DNA of 64,000 nt from Camelus dromedarius (taxonomy: Eukaryota): contig NC_087436.1 in NCBI RefSeq assembly GCF_036321535.1, forward strand, positions 112,346,001 to 112,410,000, read 5' to 3'. Shown here in pieces: positions 10,870 to 22,787 of the stretch. Positions within the stretch are counted from its first letter, which is position 1. Each line of letters starts with the position of its first letter. Made by a program: the position numbers and the translations under genes. The notes under the pieces are model-generated. The model did not search any database and was not told the origin of the DNA. It was given only the letters and a program-made list of their open reading frames with translations.

Positions 10870-13130
10870 AAGGTAATCTTGAGTACAGTTGATACAATAT
10901 CTAATCTACTGTCAGTCCTACCCGGGGTGTTTTTCATGTCAGACATTGTAATTTTTACCTCTAGAATTTTGATTTGGGTTTTCTAAAAATCTCTTCTATG
11001 GCTGTACCTAACCAGGTTCAGTCTTTTCTATGGCCTCTTAAACAAATGCTATACAGATGTAATAACTTTTAATGTTTTATATACTAATCCAACCAGCTGT
11101 GCTATTTCTGGACCCGTTTCAGTTGATTGACGTCTCTCCTAATTGTGGGTCACATTTTCTTGCTTCTTTGCATACCTGACAGGTTTTTGATTGGGTGACA
11201 GACAGGATTAGCTTTCCCCACTATTGTGGCGAAACTGTTATTCACAAATGCCTTGTGAATTATGAGGTTTTCCGCTTTGGCTATTGGGAACAGGCACCAT
11301 TCCCACCTCCGTGTAAGTTCTGGGCACTATTGCCTCTGACCGTTTTGGGTGGTTCTCTCCCTGATCGGGAAGGCTTTCCTCACAGGCCTGCACTGGTCGC
11401 TACACAACTGGGTACTCAAGGGAGACCCTCTGTAACTCCCCGACAGCTCTCTGTGCACAGCGCTTTCCTCTTTGGTAATCTACCCAGAGAACCTTGATTG
11501 CCTGGGCTTCCCAGGACTCCCAGCTCTGTTCCTTCAACTCTTAGAGTCTCCTGGACCCTGCCTGGCTTCCTACTCCCTGAGCCATGGCTGGAAACTTAGG
11601 GCAGACTAGATGACCATCTAGGACAGGACTGCTGTGACCTGCAGCTTCCTGTCCCTGACTCTCTGTTGGACTCTGTTCCCTGGACCCCATGTTGGCCTAT
11701 TTCTTGGTTTACTCCTCTTTTTGCTAAAATACATCTTCCAATACCTTCATAAGAATGCGTCTATGGGAGATAAAATTTCTTAATCCCTTCCCTTCTGAGA
11801 ATGGCTTTAGTTTACATCTAGGGATGACTGGAAGATATCTTAATAGAGAATTACATGTTGAAAATAATTTTCTTTCAGAATTTTGAAGACATTGCTCTGT
11901 CCTCTTGTACACTACGTCACTATTCTATTTTCTAATGCCATTCTGAACTTAATTTATTTGTATTGACTTGTTTTTCATCTCAAAACCTTGATTCTTCTCA
12001 TTCTCACTGGTCGTCAAAAATCTCTTAATAATGTGTCTTGTGTGGGTCTCTTCTCATTCACCGTGACGTGGATGTGGGGGTGGGGGGCCCTCAGTCTAAA
12101 CAATAGTGTCTTTCTATTCTTTGATTTTAGCTCCAGTTTTTAAAAGACTATCTTAGCATTTCTACCAATCTTCCTATTTAATTTTTTATTGCAATTATTA
12201 CATTTTTAAAATCAAAGAGCTATTTTTTTCTCATTGCTCCTTTATGTCATCCTATTCTTTTTTGTGAATTCAGTATCTTGCTTTATATCCCTAAAGATAT
12301 CAACAATAGAATGTCTAAATGTTCTTTCATTGTCTCTGTTATTCTTCTGGAGTTCCTTTGCCTTTATCTCTGTCTTTCATGCTGGCATCTTTCTCAGATT
12401 TTTCAAGTACCCAGAGATGCTTCATATTTGAGAAGGAGGCCCTGGGACACAGTGGAAGCTCTGTGCTGGTGAGCCTTACCCAAGTAGATTAGAGGCAAAC
12501 TGAGTTTTCCATTGGGGAGATACTACATGGTCACGGTGTAGATATCTGTTTTCTCTTGAGCAATTCCATTTCTCCAAAGAATCTTGTGATGTGTGTGTGT
12601 TGGTGGAAGTGCGGGAAAACTGGAACATTCCTGTCTGCTGAAGTTCTGGAAGCAAGTCAGGGAGAAGGGACTGCAGGCAAGCTGCAGTGTCTCAACATTC
12701 AGTCTGTAGATTTTCATTAAATGACACTTATTTCAACCCAATGCCCCACTCCTCCACTCCACTCCACCCCTCTCTGACGGGCATCCTCACGGCCTGAGAT
12801 TGAGCCTCCAGGCCCCTGGAGAAGGGGGGTGGGGATGTCTCCTAAGAACAAAAGGTGAAGGCCTAAGGTCTTACTGCTCAGTGTCAGACTTTCACTCAGT
12901 TCCTGTGTGTTCAGGCACGGTCCTCGCCTCTGGCCTTCAGCAGTTCGTGGTGCTTCCAAGTCCCTAGATTTTCCTGGGTTCGTGGAGTAAACGCAGGCTT
13001 TGCTCTGCACCCTCATCCCGCTCTGTGGGCAGCTGGGTGCTGCTTCCTCTTCCCCTTGTGTCATCTGCCCTCCACGCCCTCTGGCAGCTTGCTGCTAGTT
13101 CTCATACACTGTTTCCTCCCCTCCCACGTC
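10870..13130 (-). mobile_element. Old L1M/HAL1 ORF1 and 5'UTR remnants (probably two elements)
   Basis: T-rich antisense L1 pattern, and ORF 11724-11912 resembles L1 ORF1 (EQCLQNSERKLFST). Confidence 0.65.
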
Positions 13131-13204
13131 TGCCTTTCTTCCTCTCTCTCTCTTTTTTTTTTTTTTTTTCATTTTTTTGCATCTTTTGTTATATATGAGG
13201 AAAA

Positions 13205-13280
13205 AATCACATTTTTAATTGAAATATAGTTGATTTACAATGTTATCTTAGTTTCAGAGGTCTGTAGCAAAGTGACTGAG

Positions 13281-13327
<47 letters not shown>

Positions 13328-13365
13328 CTTTTTCAGATTCTTTACCATTATAGTTTATTACAGTC
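13205..13365 (-). mobile_element. Short L1 3' end containing a (TG)n microsatellite (about 13282-13326)
   Basis: 'tttttaattgaaatatagttgatttacaatgtt...ttcagattctttaccattatag'. Confidence 0.85.
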
Positions 13366-13439
13366 TCTTTTTCTGTTTTATTCCTTTCTCTTCAGTTTAG
13401 TGCAGACCCAGAGGGAAGCTGAGGTCGAAGTAAGAATTC

Positions 13440-13650
13440 AATGCTATATATCCTAAACAAGTTACATGCATTCTCTCATTTAACTATTACAACAACCCTG
13501 TGAGATAAATAGTCATCATTCCCATTACACAGAGAAGCTGAGGCTCAAAAGTGCTGAGGCATTTGCCTTAGCTCACACGGCCACTAGGTGGCAGAGCCAA
13601 GATTGGCAACCAGTTCTGACTCCAAAAACCATAACCTTAGCCACATATGA
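13440..13650 (-). mobile_element. MIR SINE containing a CTCF motif
   Basis: 'tctcatttaactattacaacaaccctgtgagata...cccattacacagagaagctgaggctca'. Confidence 0.8.
13578..13596 (+). promoter_or_regulatory. CTCF motif
   Basis: CGGCCACTAGGTGGCAGAG closely matches the CTCF core consensus. Confidence 0.65.
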
Positions 13651-14849
13651 TGCTGTTCTGATTTGAAAAGTGGATGCATGGACATTCAAATGTATCAGTT
13701 CTATTAATCATCGGCATGTGAGTCCCCAGAACGTTTATCCATCTGTACCTGGATTCGCCAAAGCCTTGTGGTCTGTGTCATCTAATGCCAGGGTATCCAA
13801 CCTTGGCCTCCAAAATTCTGCATTTCTGAAACACACAATCAAGTGGACTTTGCACTGCATTTCTTTCACTAAGCACTTAACCTTGGACAACACAATGTGC
13901 TGGGCCCTGCGTGAAAGGGGCTCCAGTGAAGCAAAGAGGGGCTGGCCTTTGGAGTGTTCACGTCCAGCCAGAGAGAGAGACCCTGGGAGTAAGACACCAA
14001 GGAGAAAAGAACAAATTGTGATAACGTGACCTTATAGAGAAGACCCCACTTTAGCTGGGATTTCAAGGCAGGCCTCACTGGAGAAGCGATGTTTGAGCTG
14101 ATACCTACATAGTCCACTCATTCATTCTTCTAACCTATGTTGATTGAACATCTATCATAAAAAGGCCCATCCAGACTTACATGGGAACTTCCAAGTGCCT
14201 GGCACTGTCCTAAGTGATGAGCATTAACCTGTTTACTCCTCACAAACCTGTTATTTTTCCAATTTTACAGAGGAGGAAAGGGGACACAAAGATTTGAGTA
14301 ACTTTCTCAGATTGACACAGCTGGTCAGTTTCAGTGCTAAGATTCTGCACAGGCTGCTGGGTGCCAGAGCTGGTGCTCCAGACCGCCATGCGAGGAGGTG
14401 GGGAGGAGATGGAGGTGAAGGTGCCCGCGGGCTCCCTGCCCTCATGGAGCTTATATTCTTGTGATGAGAATGCGATGAGGTCCGTTATGAGGCACACACG
14501 AGTGCCATGCTTTGTCAGCATGTGCCATGGGCTTCCGGGGGTGAAGCTTAAACATGGAGAAGTTGCCCAGGGCACACAGTCGCCCAGCATTATTATCCCA
14601 CAGGCAAAGCTGGACCAGAACCACCACAGCAGGTGTTGAAGAGAAAAGAACACACACCTCCTATGCCAGCTGCTTGCTAAACCTCTGAAAGGACGAAGGA
14701 AATGGGACCTCTAGATTTGCCTCTCTTTACCAGTCCAGCAAAGAGAAGGTGGAAGGGGAGAGAGAGCTGTTTCAGGAAGAGATAACCACATCTGGGGGTC
14801 TAGGGAGGTCAGGACATTGGAGGTCAAGTTTGGATACCCCAGGATTGTA

Positions 14850-15450
14850 TGTAAGTGGACCTCAGGGCTTTGGGAACCCATGTGAGGTTCAGTGAGGAAG
14901 TCTTGGGGACCCCAATGGCCAATGAGGGATAGAGCTTGCACACCCAGATGAGAACCCTGAGCAAACACCGGGGCTACAGGGTACTAGATGGGAGGGAGAA
15001 GAGAGGAGAGGGTTTGGAGTGGAAGGCATGAACCTCATGATGTAGGGCTGGTTATGCCAAGGAAAGAGGCTTGGTTCTCCTGCCACTGAGGATCCAGCTT
15101 CCGTTCTAAGAGCTCCTTCTGGCTGCTGTTAGGAAACTGGGTATGGAAAAGACATGAGGAGAAGCAGAGAGGCCAATTAGGATGTACAAATGTGTCGGAG
15201 GCTTGGACTAGTGGTCTGGGAGTGGAGAACAAGAGAAGCATCGGACTAGAGGCATAGTTAGGAGGTAAAATTGACAGCACTTGCTGATGGACTGGACAAG
15301 GAGGTTGAGAGAAAAGGAGGGACGAGGGCTGACGCCTAGGTGTCTGTGTTGGATGGATGAGGAATGGTGGTACCACTCGTTGAGCCAGTAAAGACACTTT
15401 GAGTGACCGCGTGGTGGTGCGGGTAGACTGGGGCTTCAGCTTATACCGAT
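14850..15450 (-). mobile_element. L2 internal fragment
   Basis: 'ggaggtaaaattgacagcacttgctgatggactgga', 'ggatggatgaggaatggtggtaccactc'. Confidence 0.75.
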
Positions 15451-17299
15451 TCACTGCCTAACTGGGATTGAGAAATACTAGCACAGAAGCACGGGCATCC
15501 ACTTCCACAGATCGGCACGGAGTGCCAGCTCAGCCTTCCACTTACTTTGTGCAGAGTGAGACCAAGGTCTCTGTGAACTCTAATAGGCTGGAAACCAGCG
15601 AAGTTTCAATGACTATAAACCTCAGTTTCCTCTGGGTCACAGAGCAATCACCCAACCGAAAGTACAGCCATTTTCCTCACATTTCTAATGTCATTTCAAG
15701 GATACTTTACATTTCAGTTCAGATCTGCCACTTTTATCCAGCTGGATTTCTTTTCAATTCAACCCAATTTTAACCCCAATGTTCAAGTGATTTTTTCCCC
15801 ATTATGCCCATAAATGGAAGCAAATCATAGTATCTTGTTGAGATGCAGCTGTTTTTTTCTCCTCTCTCTTCTCATTTTAGATGAAAATCTTCTTTCTTCT
15901 TTTTTTTATTAACAACACCGCCCCCTCTCTGCGCCCTGCTGAGTTCCTTACCATCAACTGTTTCTGTTCTCATCTCCTCTGCTCTTTCCTGTTTCTTCAG
16001 GGAGCCCCTGCTGAGATGTTTTCTTACATAATCAAATTATAGGTCAAATTCATCAAAGGGGTGGAACATTTCAGCTAATCCAGTAAGCAGCAAGTTCTTT
16101 GTTTAAGTGGGAGCATCGGTAAATAATGATGCTCTTTGATAATGAAGAATGAAGTAAGGAATAGAGCTTAAAAATATGCCAAAGCTCTCTGTAACACTGA
16201 AAAGCTTGCAAATGTATGTTGCCATCACTGCCAATATTATGACTAGGTTTGGGTGTTACATATAATATAAAATATTTTGTATGTTGTATAGTTAATTACT
16301 TAATTTCAATGAATATCTCAAGGTGCCTAACAGGAGATACAGCCTCCCCCTTTAAGCACAGGTGATGCAGAGATGATACAAGGCGGTCCCTCTGTGGCAA
16401 CGGGTGAAGGCAAAAGACCAAAGGCTGCCCAAAAGAGATGAGCTCTGAGCTACGTCTCATATGTTGGGCGGGTTAGAAGGAAGGGAGGATGGAGCGTCCT
16501 CAGCAGAGGAAAAGCAGAGAGGCGTGGAATTGCACAGGCTTGTGGGCCAGACTCAAGTGGTACAGGAAAGTTGGAGGATCAAGTTCAGGAAGACAGGGCT
16601 GGGGAGAGATGAGTACAGGACTGATCACAGGTCTTATGGGCCACATAAGGAGTCCAAACCTGATTCTGAGAGCCAGAGAGCAGCTTCAAAGGGTTTCAAG
16701 CCAGTGGTGGACACAGTTTGATCTGGGCATTAGGAATTGCACCATCAGCGTGGTGGAGGATGTGCTGGGTGCGGCAGGACCGGGAACCAAGCTGCTGTTC
16801 TCATCCAGGCTTTTGAGAAAGGATGAGGGCTGTGAAGCTAACTCGGTTTGTGTAAATCTTTTTCTTGCTGTTTCAATTGCATTTCTGATGGTTCACAGCA
16901 AAAGTTCTGTCACGGTGAAGCTGGTGTCAGTCACATTATCTCCTTCCCACCCGAGCATCTTCACCCATCTTGCTCCCTTGACTTAGAATCAGCCTTATCT
17001 GACCCATCTCTTGCCATTTCCTTCCAGGACACCTGAAACTGTGGCCTGAAATTCTTTTCTTATTGGGCAACAAATGTCACATCAGCTTCTTTGAAGGCTT
17101 TGAAAATTTCTTCCACCTGGAGTGACCCCTTTCTTGCGTCATTCCCTGGAGACCTGCCATTCATGGATCAAGATATACCTCCTCCTTTTACCAGCTCCTA
17201 GAAAGATACATTCTTACTTCTGGGTCCCTTGTACTTCCTTCTATGATACCACACTGTGCCTGGTAACAGAATAATTTCTCCTCCTTCTTCCCCATTACT

Positions 17300-17961
17300 T
17301 ATGGAGTAAGTTCCTCATCCCATAGATATTTCATTCATATTTTTTACAAAAAAAAAACCTATCTATCTACATACAATACAAACATATACATTTTATCCCT
17401 TTTATTACACAAATGGTAGCATACTATACACTCTGTTTTTTCATCTAACACATCTTAGCAATCTTCCTAGAAACATATGTGAAAGACCTCTTCATTGCAT
17501 AGATGAATAAAAGTTTATTTAACAGTCCCATCCTGATGAACACTTAGCTTGTTTCTGATCTCCTGCAATTACAAACAATGATGCAAAGAGTAAACTTGTA
17601 TGTACAGCAGTCCTCATGCATAGGAGTATAAATACTGGATAAATTCATACAAGTGCCAGGTCAAAGGATGCTTGCATTTGTAAGTTTCACAACTGCTTCC
17701 AAACCGCCCACTGTAGAGTTGTACAAATTTGCACTGCTGTCAGGTACATATAAAAATACCTCCTTCCCTGTGACTCCAATAATATCCAAATTTTGGGGTT
17801 TTGCCATTTTAGTAGGTAAATAATGACAATTCTGGCTGGTTTTACATTGCATTTCTGTTTCTATGAGTCAGTGGAAAAACTTTTCATATGTTTTCTATTT
17901 CCACTGATATCTTTTTTTCTATCTGTCCACACCCTTTGCCCATTTTTCTTTAGATTGTGGG
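17300..17961 (-). mobile_element. Old L1M 3' end and ORF2 tail
   Basis: 'ttacacaaatggtagcatactataca', 'gcaattacaaacaatgatgca', 'catatgttttct...ctttgcccatttttct'. Confidence 0.85.
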
Positions 17962-18971
17962 TGTGAAATAGTAGAAAATATATATATTGATCTCTGCCCC
18001 TGGTTCCTGGCACAGACCTTCTAAAACTTTTGCAATTTCCTAAGCGATAAGAGAACCAGGAGCATCTTTGTTTTACCATCTGGTTTTCAATTCTGCTTCC
18101 TGATAAACACTTAGCTTGCTTCTGATCTCCTGCAATTACAATGATGCAAAGAATAACCTTGTATATACAGCATTCCTCATGCATGGGCATATAAATATTG
18201 GATAAATTCTCGGAATTTACCACTAAATCCCTTGGAATTTCTTGGATGACTGGAATGTCTTTTGTTCTAATGAGGCAACTCTGGGTGGGCGCCTGGACGG
18301 CTCCTGAATACGGGCTGTCACCAGAAAGACCACTTCATGATAAGAAGTTTGTCATTTTCAGCCCCACCCCACCCCTGCCCCCTGGTCTCCAGAGACCTCA
18401 GAGAGGGCCTGGAAATGGAGTCAATCACTGATTATGCCTACGTGAAGAAGCCTCCATAAAAATCCCAGTAGTGTGGGGCACAGAGAGCTTCTGGGTTGGC
18501 AAACATGAGGAGGTGCTGGGAGAGTGATGTGCCTGAGAGGGCATGAATCTTCGTGCTTCTTCCCATGTACCTTGCCCTACACATCTCTTCCATCTGAGTG
18601 TTCATCTGTAGCCTTCCTTATATCCTTGTATAGTAAACTGGCAAACTGTTTTCCTGAGTCCTGTGAGCCACTCTAGTAAATTAATCAAACCCAAGGAGTT
18701 TTGATTTATAGTCAGAAGCACAGGTGACAACCTGGGCTGATGATTGGCATCTGGGCTGTGTTCTGGGACTGAGTCCTTAACCTGGGGCATCTGACGCTGT
18801 CTCCAGGTGGCGTCAGAATCGAGTTAAACTGTAGGACACCCAGCTGGTGTCACAGAAATGCTTGGTGTGGGAGACAAAAAAATCCACACTTCTGGTGTGG
18901 GAAGTGTTGTGAGTGTGGTAGCAGGGTGAGAGTTAAGGGGACACACAGGAGAAGTGAAGGTGTTCTAAACA
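17962..18971 (+). mobile_element. MER21(C-like) ERVL solo LTR carrying a templated insertion
   Basis: TG...CA termini, TSD gtggg/gtgtg, and MER21 motifs 'ctaaatcccttggaatttc', 'gttctaatgaggcaactct', 'gtcagaatcgagttaaactgtaggacacccagctggtgtc'. Confidence 0.88.
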
Positions 18972-20659
18972 GTGTGTCTTTCTCCTACCATTTAATTAGC
19001 TGTTTGTCTGGGGCAAGAATTGCAACTGTTTCTCCCAAAGTGTCCTGTGCTTCTGAGGTTGTATAGCGTCTGCTTTTGCCCTTTTTTCTTTTCTGTAGGA
19101 AGGGCGCGAAGTTGGATAAGCCATTGCCAAAGCTGTAGAACTCTGGGTTATTGCTGTTTAGAGCCCGTGATCTTGCTAGAAAAAAAGACTGTAATTTCTA
19201 CTAATAATACACGCCAAGTAGCAGAAGAAAAAGTTACCGTTTTTATGTTACAGGTTTCTTTTTCCTGGGAAAATAAAAATTTTCTTTAAGAAATGATTGG
19301 CTCTGAAATACGAACTTTGTAAGGTTTGCTTGCGATTTGCACATGCTTTTCTCTTTCACCAAAGAGAACTCATTTGGATTTTAAAAAAAAAAAAAAGCAC
19401 GAGATGCTAGTCTCTTATCTCGGAGCAGCGTGCCTGTGATTTCTGCTGTAATACTTGAGCCATGTGACCCTAGAAAGCTGCCACCAGGGGATTACATTTC
19501 AGGAGCCAATTTTTTGAGAGGTGAACAAACCCCTGTGGGAGTTGATTTGAAAAATGAAAAGTCAAAAGTGACAACTTTGTGACACCATTTAAGAACGATA
19601 GATGGTTTCGATAAACCCAACACTTACACTAAGCCCTGGCTTACAATCGTATTTAATCATTGGAAAATCTCTCCAGGAAGGGCATTCCTGGGTGCTTTTA
19701 AGTTCAGAGAGGTTATGACAAGGGATTTTTTTTGTCATCATAGCATGTCACGTGGCAAGTAAGTGTGCAAGAAATATTTGCTGATTGGCTATATTCTTTG
19801 CTGTGCACAGTATGTCTCTAAGAACACAGAACTTTCTCTGAGAGACCAAAGGAAATAGCTGCTCCTGGTCTTCAATATATTAATATAAGACTTGTACATG
19901 AGTGATCCTAGCATCTTTCTTGTCCCTCAAACCCTGATGGGGTGAACCGTGAATCACTGATCATTTGACACAAGGAATCACAGCAGTGACTCTTCCAATG
20001 ACTTCTCCAACAGAGATGGTCACTGGGTCCTCTGTGTCCAGGGCTCCACTCCAGCTGGAAGGCGGCTGGATACGCTGCTCACACGTCACACAGCTTTGCT
20101 CCCATGTCAGATTCCAGGGATCCCACAGGCAGAAACCAGGAGACCTCGTGCCAGATTGACAAGAATACAAAAGCCATCACACTCTCTTCACATCTCTCAT
20201 CTCTATAGTTGGAACAGAAAGATGTTAAAATCTATCATAGTGAAGTATGCACGGAAGGAAGTTAATTTTATGAATGTTCAAGTTATTCATTTATTTTTTT
20301 TTACTTTGATCTAATTTCAAAGATATAAAGGAACTGCTGGAAAGACTTCAGGCTATGGCTACAAATTTCTATATATACTCACTTTTCACATAAATTTAGG
20401 ACAATAACAAGTAGAATTGGACTATTTCTCTGAATGTTAATTCCATTGAAATTATTTGTCGATTATCTTGTCTAAGCTGCTTTCATATTCATGAATCATA
20501 CAGAATATTTTCAAAGAAAAATATCCACAATAATTTAGAATCTTCTAAAGTATTTTCTTCTTCAAGCCCTTGGCTGCTAGGCTTGTCTCTCTTCTGGTTA
20601 TACCTAATTTTAATGTAGCAACATTTTATCAGTGATACTAACAGCCTTCATGCAGTTGT

Positions 20660-20690
20660 GGTGATGGTGGTGGTGGTGGTGGTGGTGGTG
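20660..20690 (+). repeat. (GGT)n microsatellite
   Basis: Seen directly. Confidence 0.9.
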
Positions 20691-21624
20691 AATATTTAGT
20701 GCTTTCTATCTGCCTGTGTCCAAATGGATTATTTCATTCTGTCTTCACACAAAGCCTTTTAGTAATGACTACTGAATATAGTTGATGGCTGATTGGACAG
20801 GAAGAGAAACAAAGAGGTCAAATTAATGACACATATCAGTAAGTATTAGGACTCGAATGAGAATCAAGATTTTACTCAAGTCCAAGCTTGTAAATACCAC
20901 CCTCTACTGAAATTAAAGCTAATGTTAAGAGACAAAAATTACAGCAATTTCAAACCTACTTGTCTCAGGACTAACTGAAAATATCAAAGCCATCCTCTGC
21001 CACAGCCCTCCATTTATTTGAACATATGTGTTGAGCACTTGTGTGTCAGATGCTCTTCAGGCTTAGGAGCTGGGAACAAGACGCACAAGACCCCAGCCCT
21101 CATGGGGAAACAGAAAAAAAAAAAAAAAAGTAACATTATATATACAAACAAGGTAATTCAGGGTACCAGATGACTTAGACCGAGTTCTCCCAGAAGTCCT
21201 CCCTGAAGAGGTAACTTTTGAGCTGGGAGATTTACGGCAGGAAAATGTACCAGAACTGGGAAGAGCTAGGGAAATAATCATACAGGAGCAGGCGCCTACG
21301 AAGTTGAATCCCTGGACTGAAAGAGATTCAAGGGAAGAGGCAAAATGAGTTTCAGATCTTATATTGAAAAAAAAAAAATAGTCACTACCATTGAGCCATC
21401 TCAACCCTCCCATTATACAGATATGAAAATGGAGGCTCAGGAAAATTAAAATCATTTTCTAAAGGCCACCTAGCTTGGGTCATGGGAGCAAAGTGACCTT
21501 CCTGAGTGCCGGCCAGCCAGCTCTTCTTACACCAGGATGTCATGATGTCAGAATTCTCAGGCACCATAAAAGCAATCCTAAATCATACTAAATCATACTA
21601 AAAAAAAAAACCTAAATCATACCA

Positions 21625-21945
21625 AAAAAAACATGAATATAAATACAAAACAGAAACAGACTCAGACATAGAACACAAACTTGTGGTTGCCAGAGGGAAA
21701 GGAGGTGGGAAGGGACAGACTGGGAGTTCGTAATTTGTAGATACTGACAGGCATATGTAGAATAGATAAACAAGATTATACTGTATAGCACAGGGAAATA
21801 TATACAGGATCTGGTGGTAGCTCACAGCAAAAAAGAATGCAACAATGAATATATGTATGTTCATGTATAACTGAAAAATTGTGCTCTACACTGGAAATTG
21901 ACACAACATTGTAAACTTACTATAACTCAATTAAAAAAAAAAATT
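21625..21945 (+). mobile_element. Young L1 3'UTR fragment with poly-A
   Basis: Highly similar to the L1 3'UTR at 840-1110 (gtatagcacagggaaatatataca...ctgaaaaattgtgctctacactgga). Confidence 0.93.
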
Positions 21946-21964
21946 TTGTCATTCAAAAATCCCA

Positions 21965-22747
21965 ATTTATATACTTATAAATTATGTATAAATATGTAAT
22001 TTAATATATAAATATATATAATATACAAACTTATCTAAATATTAAACATATAAATGTAAATATATAAATTTATATAAACATATAAATATCTAAATATTAA
22101 ACATATAAATAAATGTAAATGTATAAATATAATACAGTTACATTTTATATAAAATGTAAATATCTAAATGTAAGATAATATTTAAATATATAAATAAATA
22201 TAAATATATAAACTATATAAATAAATGTGTAACATATAATATAAAATATATTGTCAACTGAATACGCAGAACTTAAAAGTTGGAAACTATGTTTTACTTG
22301 GTGGCCTTACTGAGAACCATAACACAGGAAGGCAGCCTCTCAGATCACCCTGAGGGACTGTTCCAAAGAGGTAAGGGAGGAGCCAGGGTAAACAGGAGTT
22401 TTTGCTGGGAAAAAACATGTCGTCAAACATTGGAAGATGACTGCTGATCCCCGAAAACAGGCATCTCAAGTTAGTGACTTTAGTGCTTTTCTGTGCAAGG
22501 GAGGATGCAAGAATCTGTGCCGACTGAAACGACTCCTTTGATCTGCATCTTAACTATCTGGGACAATTATCCTGTTCTTCTCCATCCTGAGTCCCCTCAG
22601 GATGCATGGCTGGGCAGCTGCAGCGGCTGATGGCTTTATGGCTGCAACATCCTTTGTTTATTGAAATGGCAGGCGATGTTTTATGTCCACAATATTATAT
22701 GTAAATATATATAAATAACATACAATGATATAAATCAATTTATTCAT

Positions 22748-22786
<39 letters not shown>
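21965..22786. repeat. Degenerate (TA)n-rich low-complexity tract split by an LTR and ending in (TA)n(TG)n
   Basis: Almost pure A/T at 21965-22251 and 22692-22765. Confidence 0.9.
22252..22691 (-). mobile_element. ERV1-class solo LTR (440 bp)
   Basis: TGT...ACA termini with perfect 4-bp TSD ATAT (22248-22251 and 22692-22695). Motif 'gactgttccaaagaggtaagggaggagccagg' is typical of antisense MER41-like LTRs. Confidence 0.88.

Positions 22787-22787
<1 letters not shown>

Noticed and set aside
14240..16986. ORFs of 137, 139 and 165 aa
   Set aside because: They overlap MIR and L2 remnants, with no recognisable domain or exon structure.
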